Assembly: GCA_002778465.1 (NCBI GenBank)
Contig: PFBV01000001.1
Span: 4,150-68,149, forward strand
Direction of reading: 5' to 3'
DNA: 64,000 bases
Source: Candidatus Magasanikbacteria bacterium CG10_big_fil_rev_8_21_14_0_10_36_32
Lineage (GTDB): Bacteria > Patescibacteriota > Patescibacteriia > Magasanikbacterales > GWA2-37-8
Shown here: piece after piece, positions 18,837-28,110 of the stretch
How positions within the stretch are numbered: position 1 is the stretch's first letter
Layout of the letters: each line of letters begins with the position of its first letter
Translations under genes and position numbers: made by a program
Notes under the pieces: generated by a model
What the model saw: only the letters and a program-made list of their open reading frames with translations
Told to the model about the DNA's origin: nothing
Databases searched by the model: none

Positions 18837-20306
18837 ATGATAAAGACTCGTTTTGCTCCAAGTCCCACCGGTTATCTACATGTTGGCGGATTACGAACAG
18901 CTTTGTATTCATATTTGGTTGCCAGGCAAACTGGTGGCAAATTTTTATTACGCATTGAAGATACCGACCGTGAAAGATTCGTAGCTGATGGTACAGCTAA
19001 TATTTTAAAATCTCTTTATTGGGCAGGATTGATTCCCGATGAAGGTGTGACTCAAGATGAACAAGGCGCAATAATTCAAACCGGCGATAAGGGTCCTTAC
19101 ATTCAATCGGAGCGTTTAGAAATTTATAGAAAATATGTTGATGAGCTGATTGATAAAGGTTATGCGTATTATTGTTTTTGCTCGCCTGAGAAATTGGAGG
19201 AAATGAGAATGATACAACAGAAAAACAAACTCCCCACAGGTTATGACGGATGTTGCCGTAAAATTGATTGCACAGAAGCTAAAAAACGCGCCTTAAACGG
19301 TGAATCTTGTGTAATTCGCATGAATATGCCAAAAGATGGAGAAACCGTGTTTAATGACGAAATAAGGGGTGAAATTCGCATTAAAAATGAATTAATAGAT
19401 GATCAGGTTATTCTTAAATCAGATGGTTTTCCAACATATCATTTGGCAGTGGTCGTTGACGATTATTTAATGGGAATTACACATATTATCCGTGGCGAAG
19501 AATGGTTGTCGAGCGTGCCCAAACATTTAAAACTTTATGAATATTTCGGTTGGGAAGCTCCAAAGATGGCGCATCTTCCATTATTGTTAAATGCTGATAA
19601 ATCAAAGTTAAGCAAACGGCAAGGGGATGTGGCAGTTGAAGATTATATTAAGAAAGGTTATTTACCGGAAGCGATTTTAAATTTTGTCGCTTTTCTCGGA
19701 TGGAATCCGGGTGATGAGCGTGAAATTTTTAGTTTGGAAGATTTAATCAAAGAATTTAGTTTGGATAAAGTTGGAAAAGCAGGTTCGGTTTTTAATTTAG
19801 AAAAGTTAGATTGGTTTAATCAGCAATATCTGCGCAAATTGCCGGTGGAAGATTTGACTGAAAGAGCTAAGCCGTTTTTTAAACAAGCCGGTGTTGAATT
19901 AAAAGTTGAAGATAAACAGTTGGCTAAAATTATTTCTTTAGAAAGAGAACGAGTGATAACTTTGGCGGAATTGCCCGAAGCGGTAAAATTCGTTTTTGCG
20001 CTGCCGAACTACGAATCAACTTTGCCGGTTTGGAAAAAAAGCGATGCCAATGAAGCTAAAAATATTTTATCAGAATTGAAAGAGATGTTGTATAATTTTA
20101 GTGAACATCAATGGAATATAGAAAATTTGGAAACGACAATAGGGGAGTGGATTAAAGAAAAGGGTTATCAAAACGGCAATGTTCTTTGGCCGCTGCGCGT
20201 TTCTTTATCTGGACAGCAAAATTCTCCCGGTCCATATGAAATTGCCGATGTATTAGGCAAAGAAGAAAGTATTAGAAGGATTGAAACGGCGATAAATAAA
20301 TTTTAA
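18837..20306 (+). CDS. gltX: Glutamate-tRNA ligase
   Basis: RFAPSPTGYLHVGG, RIEDTD, KLSKR. Confidence 0.97.
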   Translation: MIKTRFAPSPTGYLHVGGLRTALYSYLVARQTGGKFLLRIEDTDRERFVADGTANILKSLYWAGLIPDEGVTQDEQGAIIQTGDKGPYIQSERLEIYRKYVDELIDKGYAYYCFCSPEKLEEMRMIQQKNKLPTGYDGCCRKIDCTEAKKRALNGESCVIRMNMPKDGETVFNDEIRGEIRIKNELIDDQVILKSDGFPTYHLAVVVDDYLMGITHIIRGEEWLSSVPKHLKLYEYFGWEAPKMAHLPLLLNADKSKLSKRQGDVAVEDYIKKGYLPEAILNFVAFLGWNPGDEREIFSLEDLIKEFSLDKVGKAGSVFNLEKLDWFNQQYLRKLPVEDLTERAKPFFKQAGVELKVEDKQLAKIISLERERVITLAELPEAVKFVFALPNYESTLPVWKKSDANEAKNILSELKEMLYNFSEHQWNIENLETTIGEWIKEKGYQNGNVLWPLRVSLSGQQNSPGPYEIADVLGKEESIRRIETAINKF

Positions 20307-20310
20307 AAAT

Positions 20311-20338
20311 AAAAATCCCGACATAAAGTCGGGATTTT
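20311..20338. terminator. Bidirectional terminator
   Basis: AAAATCCCGAC/GTCGGGATTTT between convergent genes. Confidence 0.8.
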
Positions 20339-20352
20339 CAAATTTAAGCAGT

Positions 20353-20913
20353 TTACATTAGGTGTCCAATTAGCAGGATGATAAAAATTCCGGCTGTGTT
20401 TAAAGTATATGACAAAATAGTAAAAAGTTTGGTGGAAATTGACTGTGAAGCGGCTAACAAAGAAACCCCAATTTCATCCGGCAGGGGAGAGGCGATAATA
20501 ATAACCGCTAAAACAGAAGTAAGATATTTTTTTATCAGATAAGGTGTTTTGTTTCTCAATAAAATCATTATTTTTTCTTCAAACAACTTAGCTATTTCAT
20601 CAGCGAAGGAACGGCGAACAAATCGGAAAATCAATGAATCACCGATGGCAGCGCCAACTCCCGCGATAAATCCAATCAGCCAAATATTATATCTGGCTGA
20701 TAATATTAATAATATGGCGACTGCTGGAGCGGCGGTAAATCCATAAACATATAGAATTCCGGCCAAAAGCGCCCCAAAATAACCTAAATACAACAGCGGT
20801 TCCTGAACGGCGGCAGTGACGCTACCCTCCATAAATATAAAGTAAGTGATTATAAAAACAATAATCAGGAGAAAAAATTTGGGATATTTGATTTTTTTTA
20901 AAATGTTATTCAT
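20353..20913 (-). CDS. Hypothetical membrane protein (DedA/VTT-like)
   Basis: Several TM segments; GAAIGDSLIFRF and SPLPDE motifs. Confidence 0.7.
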   Translation of the reverse strand: MNNILKKIKYPKFFLLIIVFIITYFIFMEGSVTAAVQEPLLYLGYFGALLAGILYVYGFTAAPAVAILLILSARYNIWLIGFIAGVGAAIGDSLIFRFVRRSFADEIAKLFEEKIMILLRNKTPYLIKKYLTSVLAVIIIASPLPDEIGVSLLAASQSISTKLFTILSYTLNTAGIFIILLIGHLM

Positions 20914-20917
20914 TTAA

Positions 20918-21421
20918 TTATTCTTTAGGTAATCCGTGTAAAGCTAAGTTATGATTTTGATATTTGTCATCATCGGTTTTCTCTTCCCCGAACCAATCAG
21001 GCGGAATAAATTTATCACAATCTTCCACATTGTTAAATTCCACTTCTGCCGTAACCAGTCCGTCCAAATCCCCACGATAAATATCTAATTCAATTATTCC
21101 GCTTTCGTTCGGAATTTCATAGCGTGTTTTTTCAATTCTTTTTCCTTTTGTATTGTCCCAAAGTGAATTGAAAACTTTTTCGGTAATTTCTTCTTCTATC
21201 TCAGTTCTGACTTTTCCACTGCCACTTTTTATTGTTTTAAAATATTTTTCTCCTTTTTTGCGCAATCTGATTTTTTCTTTATTTTCATCTATTGTTAAAT
21301 AACCTTGCATAATTTCTTTGTGAGGATATTGCTCAATATTATTCGGTAACGATTTAATTATAAATTTTCTTTCAATTTCTTGATTCGGCGCTTTTTCGGG
21401 AATTGTACTCAGTCTTTCCAT
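20918..21421 (-). CDS. CYTH domain protein
   Basis: EIERKF, IRLR, EKTRY, ELDIY, AEVEF, PDWFG. Confidence 0.92.
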   Translation of the reverse strand: MERLSTIPEKAPNQEIERKFIIKSLPNNIEQYPHKEIMQGYLTIDENKEKIRLRKKGEKYFKTIKSGSGKVRTEIEEEITEKVFNSLWDNTKGKRIEKTRYEIPNESGIIELDIYRGDLDGLVTAEVEFNNVEDCDKFIPPDWFGEEKTDDDKYQNHNLALHGLPKE

Positions 21422-21533
21422 ATTATTTAAATATTATTAACAGTTAAAATATACCAAAAAAACCGGCGGAAAGCAAGCAAAATTAAATAAAAAAGCGCAA
21501 GGCTTCAAAGTCTGCGCTAAAAAAGAACAATGC

Positions 21534-21737
21534 TCAATGGCTGAGAATATCAATTAAAAGATCGAAAGAACTTTTTTTGCCGTGTACGTGGCAATCAGAA
21601 TTGGGAATGGGATTTAAATTATGAACGGGACATGAATTGCTGGTGTGCCACACTCCGGTTAGCCCAACATAATTGTCGGGTGGTGGATTGGGGCAATTGC
21701 ACCTCTTGGGGCAAGTACACCTGCCTTTTGTTGTCAT
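21534..21737 (-). CDS. Small Cys/His-rich protein, paralog A
   Basis: AGGAG RBS; 31/48 ungapped identity to the neighbouring ORF. Confidence 0.75.
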   Translation of the reverse strand: MTTKGRCTCPKRCNCPNPPPDNYVGLTGVWHTSNSCPVHNLNPIPNSDCHVHGKKSSFDLLIDILSH

Positions 21738-21884
21738 TTTCCAACTCCTTTTGTTTTTTTGATTGACATAATGTTATCACAAATCAAAATAATCAACAAG
21801 GGGATAACTACCATACGTTAAAATATTTATAAACATAATTAAAAAAAGCGAGGATATTAATATCCTCGCAGAAAAAGAAATTTG

Positions 21885-22079
21885 TCAGATAACCAAGTTG
21901 AATTCCAGACAATCCATTTTGCCGTGTACGGGGCAGTTTGGGTCTGGATCGGGATACAAGTTGTGAGTAGGACATTGGTTGCTGACTCCCCAAATCCCAG
22001 TGTATTCAACCGGATTATCTGGCGGTGGGTTTTGGCAGTCACATGTTTTCGGACAAGTGCATTGTTCATTTGATGACAT
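21885..22079 (-). CDS. Small Cys/His-rich protein, paralog B
   Basis: AAGGAGG RBS, TTGACT-17-TAATAT promoter; paralog of 21534..21737. Confidence 0.75.
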   Translation of the reverse strand: MSSNEQCTCPKTCDCQNPPPDNPVEYTGIWGVSNQCPTHNLYPDPDPNCPVHGKMDCLEFNLVI

Positions 22080-22161
22080 TTTGAAACCCTCCTTGGTTAG
22101 TTTGAACGCATATTAGCATAAAGTTTTTGGAAAGTCAAGATGATTGTGATATAATATCTTT

Positions 22162-23409
22162 ATGCATAGAAAAATATCTAAAATTATTATTTTCTTATTT
22201 TTTGTCATTTTTGCCGTCGTAATTGCCAGGCCTAATTTTGTAATTGCTCAAACTGGTGAAATCGGCGGCACCAAAGAAGATATAGATGATTTAAATAAAC
22301 AAATTTCCGAAAAAAAAGACAAGATTAAGCAGTTGGAAGAAACAATGGGTAAATATCAAAAAAATATTGAGCAGAAAAGAGTGGAAGCTGTTTCATTAAA
22401 AAATCAGCTGAGTATTATTGATAACAAGATTGCAAAAACCGAAGTTGATATTAAAGTAACTAAAGAAAAAATTGATCAAGCACAGTTAGAAATTGAAGCT
22501 TTAACATTGACCATAGGTGAAAAGGAAAAAATATTAAATCGGCAAAAAGCGATTGTGTCCACCATTGTCAGAAATATTCATGCTGAAGATCAGAAAAATT
22601 ATATGGAAATTTTACTGACTAATGATAGTTTTGCCGATTTTTATAATCAAGTTAAATATTTGGAAAATGTTTACACTGATTTAGGTCGTTCAGTCAAAAA
22701 AATGCGTGTAGCAAAAGAAGATTTGGTGGATAAAAAAACACAAGTGGCCAGTAGAAAAAAAATCTATGAAGATTTAAAAGTTGAATTGGATAATAAGAGG
22801 CAAGATTATTTAGACAATGCCAACAATAAACAAAGTTTATTGGTTAAAACACATTCGTCGGAATTACAATACCGCACTTTGTTGGAAAGTTTAAAAAAAC
22901 AGTATCAAGTTATTGAAGGTGAAGTGCGAACTTATGAAGAACAGGTGCGAGTTAAATTGGCGGAAATGGATAAATTTAATAATTTGGGTAGTGTTGGCAA
23001 TATGAGTTGGCCAGTTTATAGCCGTTACATAACTTCAATTTTTCACGATCCGGATTATCCTTATCGTCGGGTGTTTGAACATAGCGGAATTGATATTCGA
23101 GCGGCGCAAGGAACGCCTATTAAGGCGGCGGCGGCTGGTTATGTCGCCCGTGCCAAAAGATGTTCAACGGCTAGTTGTTATAGTTATGTTTTGTTGGTTC
23201 ACACCGGCGGAGTTTCCACTCTTTACGGTCATATGAGCGGAATTGAAGTTACAGAAGATCAATTTGTTGCTCGTGGAGATATTATTGGTTATTCCGGCGG
23301 AACTCCCGGCACAGTTGGCGCTGGTCCGTTTGTCACCGGTCCGCACTTACATTTTGAAACTCGTCTAAACGGAATCCCTGTTAATCCGATGAATTATTTA
23401 ATATTATAA
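22162..23409 (+). CDS. Coiled-coil M23 peptidase (EnvC/CwlO-like murein hydrolase)
   Basis: Signal peptide, long coiled coil, HSGID, YGHM, GPHLHFE; TATAAT 6 bp before ATG (leaderless-like). Confidence 0.92.
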   Translation: MHRKISKIIIFLFFVIFAVVIARPNFVIAQTGEIGGTKEDIDDLNKQISEKKDKIKQLEETMGKYQKNIEQKRVEAVSLKNQLSIIDNKIAKTEVDIKVTKEKIDQAQLEIEALTLTIGEKEKILNRQKAIVSTIVRNIHAEDQKNYMEILLTNDSFADFYNQVKYLENVYTDLGRSVKKMRVAKEDLVDKKTQVASRKKIYEDLKVELDNKRQDYLDNANNKQSLLVKTHSSELQYRTLLESLKKQYQVIEGEVRTYEEQVRVKLAEMDKFNNLGSVGNMSWPVYSRYITSIFHDPDYPYRRVFEHSGIDIRAAQGTPIKAAAAGYVARAKRCSTASCYSYVLLVHTGGVSTLYGHMSGIEVTEDQFVARGDIIGYSGGTPGTVGAGPFVTGPHLHFETRLNGIPVNPMNYLIL

Positions 23410-23450
23410 AAAAACCGCCCGTAAAATACGAGCGGCTGGTAAGAAAAGAG

Positions 23451-24173
23451 CTAGAAAGTTCCGGTTAGGGTGAAACCTAATGGCGCACTGTCTGATGTCG
23501 GTACTAGGATGAAATGATGCCGACTTCCGTTTTTAGCAGTATGGCCAAAGAAAATGATTTGGCCGTGGTAGATCATTCTCCATCCGGCCAAAAATATTAG
23601 AATGTTGCCAACAATCGGAAGCGCGTTACGCGGAAGATTTAAAGCTCGACGCAGCCGATTGTAGTCGCTTTCAGAATTTTGACTGTACAAGTTCATTGCA
23701 AAATCAATCAGCGGACAAGCCATTCCGCCAAAAAAGATGAATGTTTGCGTCCAGGGATTTTGTATAGCCGCGTAGCTAAGAAGTAAATCGGCTGACACAA
23801 ATAGGGCTATATCATTTATCATCGGGGCGGCTGAACGAAGAGCTGCTTGAGTTCTCGTCATTGAATCATTATCTATCCAAGTGATTTCTCCGAAGGCAAG
23901 TTGCTTGTGTCCGGAGATAACACGGGTATAGTGAGGGTATGGCTTGAAATTGTCGATTTTAACGCCGGATGCGGCGAGAACTAACGCGTGACTACCTTCA
24001 TGAAGAGTGGTCATCCAGAGGAAATAGACCGGGATTAACGAAGCGTGCACTGTCAGAATTTCCGCGGGGGCAAGTTGATTGGCGGCAATCGGACGGACAT
24101 TGTCGTCGGCCGAAATCGGAGTTACCATTAACAGAATTGAACAAATTGTTAAAAGAACAAATATATTTTTCAT
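23451..24173 (-). CDS. M50B-like membrane metallopeptidase
   Basis: Signal peptide, LHEGSH (HExxH) next to a TM helix, AAP and SD motifs; AAGGAG RBS and its own promoter. Confidence 0.6.
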   Translation of the reverse strand: MKNIFVLLTICSILLMVTPISADDNVRPIAANQLAPAEILTVHASLIPVYFLWMTTLHEGSHALVLAASGVKIDNFKPYPHYTRVISGHKQLAFGEITWIDNDSMTRTQAALRSAAPMINDIALFVSADLLLSYAAIQNPWTQTFIFFGGMACPLIDFAMNLYSQNSESDYNRLRRALNLPRNALPIVGNILIFLAGWRMIYHGQIIFFGHTAKNGSRHHFILVPTSDSAPLGFTLTGTF

Positions 24174-24259
24174 TTTTTAGCTCCTTGTTTGAAGGAGAAC
24201 GACTTAATATAGCATATTTTCGCTTATTTGTCAAGAAAAGCGAAATCTATCAATTTATT

Positions 24260-25225
24260 ATGAAAAAAACAATTGTCGCAATAATGGGAGGTTATTCAAA
24301 AGAGCGGGAAGTTTCATTGGTAACCGGTCGGGCGATTTGTAAAAATTTAGATAAGACAAAATATAAAGTAATTCCTTTAGATTGGGGGAAAGACGGAAAA
24401 TTTTATCTTTGTAAAAACGGTCGCAAACAGTTTGATTTATTTGGCAACAGAAAAAAAATAGATAAAGTTTTTATCGCGTTGCATGGAACTGGGGGAGAGG
24501 ATGGCTGTATTCAAGGACTTTTGGAATGTTTTGGTATTTCCTATACAGGTTCTGATGTTGTATCCAGCGCGGTGGCGATGAATAAAGTTTTGTCCGCCGG
24601 AGTTTATCGTCGAATGGGTATTTTAACTCCTGATTTTATTGATTTTAAAAAAGGGGAGTGGTTAAAAGAAAAGAAAAAAATAATCGGGTTGATTAAAAAG
24701 AAAATTGGTTTTCCGCTGGTAATTAAACCGGTTGATCAGGGTTCCAGTGTTGGCGTTTACATTATTAGAAAAGAAAAAGAACTGATTCCGGCGATTAAAA
24801 AATCGTTTCAGACTTCAAACTGGCTGATGGCGCAAAAATTTGTAAAAGGTGAAGAGGCGACTTGCGGAGTGTTGGAAAAGAATGGAAAAGCATTTGCTTT
24901 GCCCCCGACAAGAATTGTGGCGAATGCCGGTAAATTTTATGATTATAAATCAAAATATAAAACCGGCGGTTCAACACATATTTGTCCGGCGGATTTCAAA
25001 CCGGCGATAAATAAGAAAATTCAGGATTTGGCGGTTCGGTCGCATCGCGGTTTTGATTGTTGCGGAATGTCCAGGACAGATTTTTTTGTCACGCCAAAAA
25101 ATAAAATTTATGCTATTGAAATAAACACTATTCCCGGCATGACGCCGATGTCATTATTGCCTGAAGCGGCGGGAAAAATGGGAGTTTCATTTTCTAAAAT
25201 GCTAGATTTAATTATAATGAGTTGA
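24260..25225 (+). CDS. ddl: D-alanine--D-alanine ligase
   Basis: GGYSKEREVS, LHGTGGEDG, GSSVG, YDYKSKY, EINTIPGMT. Confidence 0.96.
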   Translation: MKKTIVAIMGGYSKEREVSLVTGRAICKNLDKTKYKVIPLDWGKDGKFYLCKNGRKQFDLFGNRKKIDKVFIALHGTGGEDGCIQGLLECFGISYTGSDVVSSAVAMNKVLSAGVYRRMGILTPDFIDFKKGEWLKEKKKIIGLIKKKIGFPLVIKPVDQGSSVGVYIIRKEKELIPAIKKSFQTSNWLMAQKFVKGEEATCGVLEKNGKAFALPPTRIVANAGKFYDYKSKYKTGGSTHICPADFKPAINKKIQDLAVRSHRGFDCCGMSRTDFFVTPKNKIYAIEINTIPGMTPMSLLPEAAGKMGVSFSKMLDLIIMS

Positions 25226-25252
25226 AATTTAAAAAAAACAAAAAACGGTGTA

Positions 25253-25460
25253 TTTTTTCCACCTTTTGAGCCGGCAAAAGGTGGAGGAAAACCGGCCGAG
25301 CCGATGTCCTTCTCTGGTACTGCCAATCGGTTCAGTATCGCTTTTGTTCAGAACTCGCCCTCGCCAAAAAGCGGGATACTCAAACAGCTGAACAAATCCT
25401 AAAAAGAACACTCAACTTCGCCGTGGCCAGATACCATCGTCGGCCATGTGCTCGGGGGAC
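25253..25460. repeat. GC-rich multi-hairpin intergenic element (REP/MITE-like or ncRNA)
   Basis: Stems 25258-25268/25275-25285 and 25343-25351/25388-25396; long-range pairing 25294-25306/25435-25445. Confidence 0.5.
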
Positions 25461-25532
25461 CAAACGGTAATTGAGTAATTAAAAATTAAGAAATTATTTA
25501 AAAATTACAAAATTAAAAATTAAAAATTCTTT

Positions 25533-26078
25533 ATGGTACCTGGTCTAATTGAAAAAGCAGTCCGATTAGCCACTTTGGCTCATGCCGGACAAAAACGCAA
25601 AGGGGATAATTTGCCCTACATAATTCATCCGATGATGGTGGCTTTGAAATTGGCAAAATACGGCGCGTCAGATGAAGTTATCGCCGCGGCTTTAACACAC
25701 GATGTTTTGGAAGATACGGATGTTCCGGTGGAAAAGCTGAAAGAGGAATTGGGCGAGGAAGTTTTGACAATAGTTCAGGCGGTATCAAATGATGATTCCT
25801 TGGGCTGGCTGGAAAAGAAGAAACATTACATTGAGACTGTCAAAAACGGTCCCGCCGGCGCCAAAGCCGTCGCCCTAGCGGATAAAATTCATAATTTGGA
25901 GAGTATTTTAATCGCTTATTCGGAGCAAGGGAAGGATGTTTGGAAAAAGTTTAATGGCACGAAAGAACAAAAGATTTGGTTTGAAACTGAAATGTTAAAT
26001 ATGCTAAAAAGCACATTTGAACACCCACTCATCGCTGAATACGAGCGGTTGATAGGGGAGGAAGGGAAATTAGATTAA
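25533..26078 (+). CDS. HD-domain protein, RelA/SpoT hydrolase-like (Mesh1/small alarmone hydrolase type)
   Basis: AHAGQKRK..PYIIHP, HDVLEDT, ADKIHN. Confidence 0.85.
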   Translation: MVPGLIEKAVRLATLAHAGQKRKGDNLPYIIHPMMVALKLAKYGASDEVIAAALTHDVLEDTDVPVEKLKEELGEEVLTIVQAVSNDDSLGWLEKKKHYIETVKNGPAGAKAVALADKIHNLESILIAYSEQGKDVWKKFNGTKEQKIWFETEMLNMLKSTFEHPLIAEYERLIGEEGKLD

Positions 26079-26093
26079 TATTTATTTAAATAT

Positions 26094-26486
26094 ATGTATA
26101 GAGTAACCCAACAAGTGACTAATTTATATAATGCCTTAATTAATCGAGGAATTAAATGTAAATTAGAGGATGATTCAGATGGACACAAAACTGTGGATAT
26201 TTCAATTCCTGCGTCAAAGATAAATATTGAAGTGGATGGACTGCAACACTATATTGATCCGGAACAGATTAAAGCCGACTTTAAAAGAAGTTATTGGTCT
26301 ATTGAAAATGATGATTATGACACTTTTCATGTGTCAAATATTGTTATTGATAATCATTTAGAACAAGTGGCGGATGCCCTTGCAATTGTCGCTCGGTCAC
26401 ACTATAATGCAATTAAAGAAGAGGAGAAAGAAGAGAATGATTCAGTGGGAATTTGGAATTGGATAAAAAATTTGTTTGAAAAATAA
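26094..26486 (+). CDS. DUF559/Vsr-like endonuclease
   Basis: VDI..IEVDGLQH..Q...D..R pattern. Confidence 0.7.
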   Translation: MYRVTQQVTNLYNALINRGIKCKLEDDSDGHKTVDISIPASKINIEVDGLQHYIDPEQIKADFKRSYWSIENDDYDTFHVSNIVIDNHLEQVADALAIVARSHYNAIKEEEKEENDSVGIWNWIKNLFEK

Positions 26487-26487
26487 T

Positions 26488-26697
26488 ATGAAAAATTTTA
26501 TAAAAGAAAACTGGTTTAAGTTATTTATTGTTTTGGTTATAATTGTTATTGTTGGAGTATATTCTTATCAAACAATCAAACCCAAAACAAACCAAGATAA
26601 AGTAAACGACTGTCTAAAATTAAGTAGTGATTTTGGAGCCGAGATGTGCTTAGAATTACTTTTAAAACAAGAGGTAAAACAACAAATAGAACAATAA
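26488..26697 (+). CDS. Small single-TM hypothetical protein
   Basis: KENWFKL followed by a TM helix and two Cys. Confidence 0.6.
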   Translation: MKNFIKENWFKLFIVLVIIVIVGVYSYQTIKPKTNQDKVNDCLKLSSDFGAEMCLELLLKQEVKQQIEQ

Positions 26698-26704
26698 AAT
26701 TTGA

Positions 26705-27445
26705 ATGAATATGAATAAATTTGATAAAATTAAAAATTCTGTTTTACCAATTGTAAATAATTTTTCTCCCGCATTAGTAAGTAGTTTGAGTGCACTGAGT
26801 CTAATTAATCCGGGGTTTTTACCATTAATTTCTTTGGCACAGTCAATTTTGGGATATTGGGGAGATTACGCTAACAACAAAACGCAGGATTTAATACAAG
26901 ATTTTATAGATAATAAAGAAAATATTATTGGAGATGTTGTTGCAACTGATAAATTTAAAGCAAATTTTTTAAAAATTATTAGTGATAACATAACAGAAAG
27001 TAATGAAGAAAAAAGACAGTATTTAAAAAATTATATTGTGAATTTCGCCTGTGGTGTAGATCCTGATTTTAATGAACATTCAAAATTAATTTATACGCTT
27101 AACAATATTACTTTAGAAGAAATGGAAATGTTAAAGTTGTGGAATGATGATGGTGCCATTGAAAAACAGTATAGAATGGTGGGGGATAGTCCTGATAGAA
27201 ATATAAGGAACAATACTCTTGATATTAATGCGATTGAAAATATTATACACACTCAAAAACCTCAACTGAAGATATTAAAGATTGAAAGACAAAATCAATC
27301 AAAAAATAATCAGATATTATTAACACTTGGTTACAAAGGACTATTATATGTTTTGGGAGCGGACAATTTTGGATCAGGTGTGGAAGCAAGAACCAAAGGG
27401 CTGACTGATTTTGGAAAAATATTTTTAAAGTTTATAAAAAAATAA
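26705..27445 (+). CDS. Hypothetical protein, DUF4393/Abi-alpha-like
   Basis: Helical N-terminus, EEKRQYL..LNNITLEE, wHTH-like end LTDFGKIFL; family assignment tentative. Confidence 0.5.
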   Translation: MNMNKFDKIKNSVLPIVNNFSPALVSSLSALSLINPGFLPLISLAQSILGYWGDYANNKTQDLIQDFIDNKENIIGDVVATDKFKANFLKIISDNITESNEEKRQYLKNYIVNFACGVDPDFNEHSKLIYTLNNITLEEMEMLKLWNDDGAIEKQYRMVGDSPDRNIRNNTLDINAIENIIHTQKPQLKILKIERQNQSKNNQILLTLGYKGLLYVLGADNFGSGVEARTKGLTDFGKIFLKFIKK

Positions 27446-27459
27446 AATTATTATCTTTT

Positions 27460-28068
27460 ATGAGCAATATTAGAGTATGTGCTGCATGTGGAAAAGAACA
27501 AGCCATTGATAACTTTTCTGTTGATAGATCTGAAAATGATGGCAGGAGTCGGGTGTGTAAAAAATGTAACAAGGAATCCTGTAAAAAGTATGTTCAATCA
27601 AATTATAAAAAAAATAAAGAAAAATTAAACAATGGCACCCTTGACGAACCAACCAAAGTTAAAAAATGCAGAATATGTAAAAAAAATAAGGCCACCATAT
27701 CTTCATTGTGGCCCAGAGATTTTAGCAGAAGAGATGGTTTTAACACTGCTTGCAAAGTTTGTGTGGCTATTAAACAACAACGTCCAAATGAGGTTTTAGC
27801 TAAAATGAAACAAAATGCTAAAAAAAGAGGGCTTGAATTTCATTTGTCCATAGAAGACCTAAATAAATATTGGGGGAAACCCTGTTATTATTGTAATCAA
27901 AAAACAATTGGCTGGCTTGATAGAATAGATAGCTCAAAAGGATACGAGCTAAGTAATGTTGTCCCTTGCTGTGGAATATGTAATACAATGAAGTTAGATT
28001 TACCAGAAGATAAATTTTATAGCCACATGAAATTAATTTTAGAAAATATTAAACAACGAAATAAATAG
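27460..28068 (+). CDS. HNH-type endonuclease with two N-terminal zinc-ribbon repeats
   Basis: CxxC...DG....CxxC twice, then CYYC, DRIDSSKGY, NVVPCCGICN. Confidence 0.8.
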   Translation: MSNIRVCAACGKEQAIDNFSVDRSENDGRSRVCKKCNKESCKKYVQSNYKKNKEKLNNGTLDEPTKVKKCRICKKNKATISSLWPRDFSRRDGFNTACKVCVAIKQQRPNEVLAKMKQNAKKRGLEFHLSIEDLNKYWGKPCYYCNQKTIGWLDRIDSSKGYELSNVVPCCGICNTMKLDLPEDKFYSHMKLILENIKQRNK

Positions 28069-28110
28069 ATCTATAACAAAAAAACACGAAAAAAATTGTG
28101 TAAATAAATT

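Noticed and set aside
23969-24259. N-terminal extension of the 418-aa ddl ORF
   Set aside because: It overlaps the opposite-strand gene and its promoter; Ddl homology begins at the ATG at 24260.
25253-25460. Assignment of the structured element to a known riboswitch, ribozyme, SRP RNA or tmRNA
   Set aside because: No diagnostic conserved motifs were recognised, so it is left unclassified.
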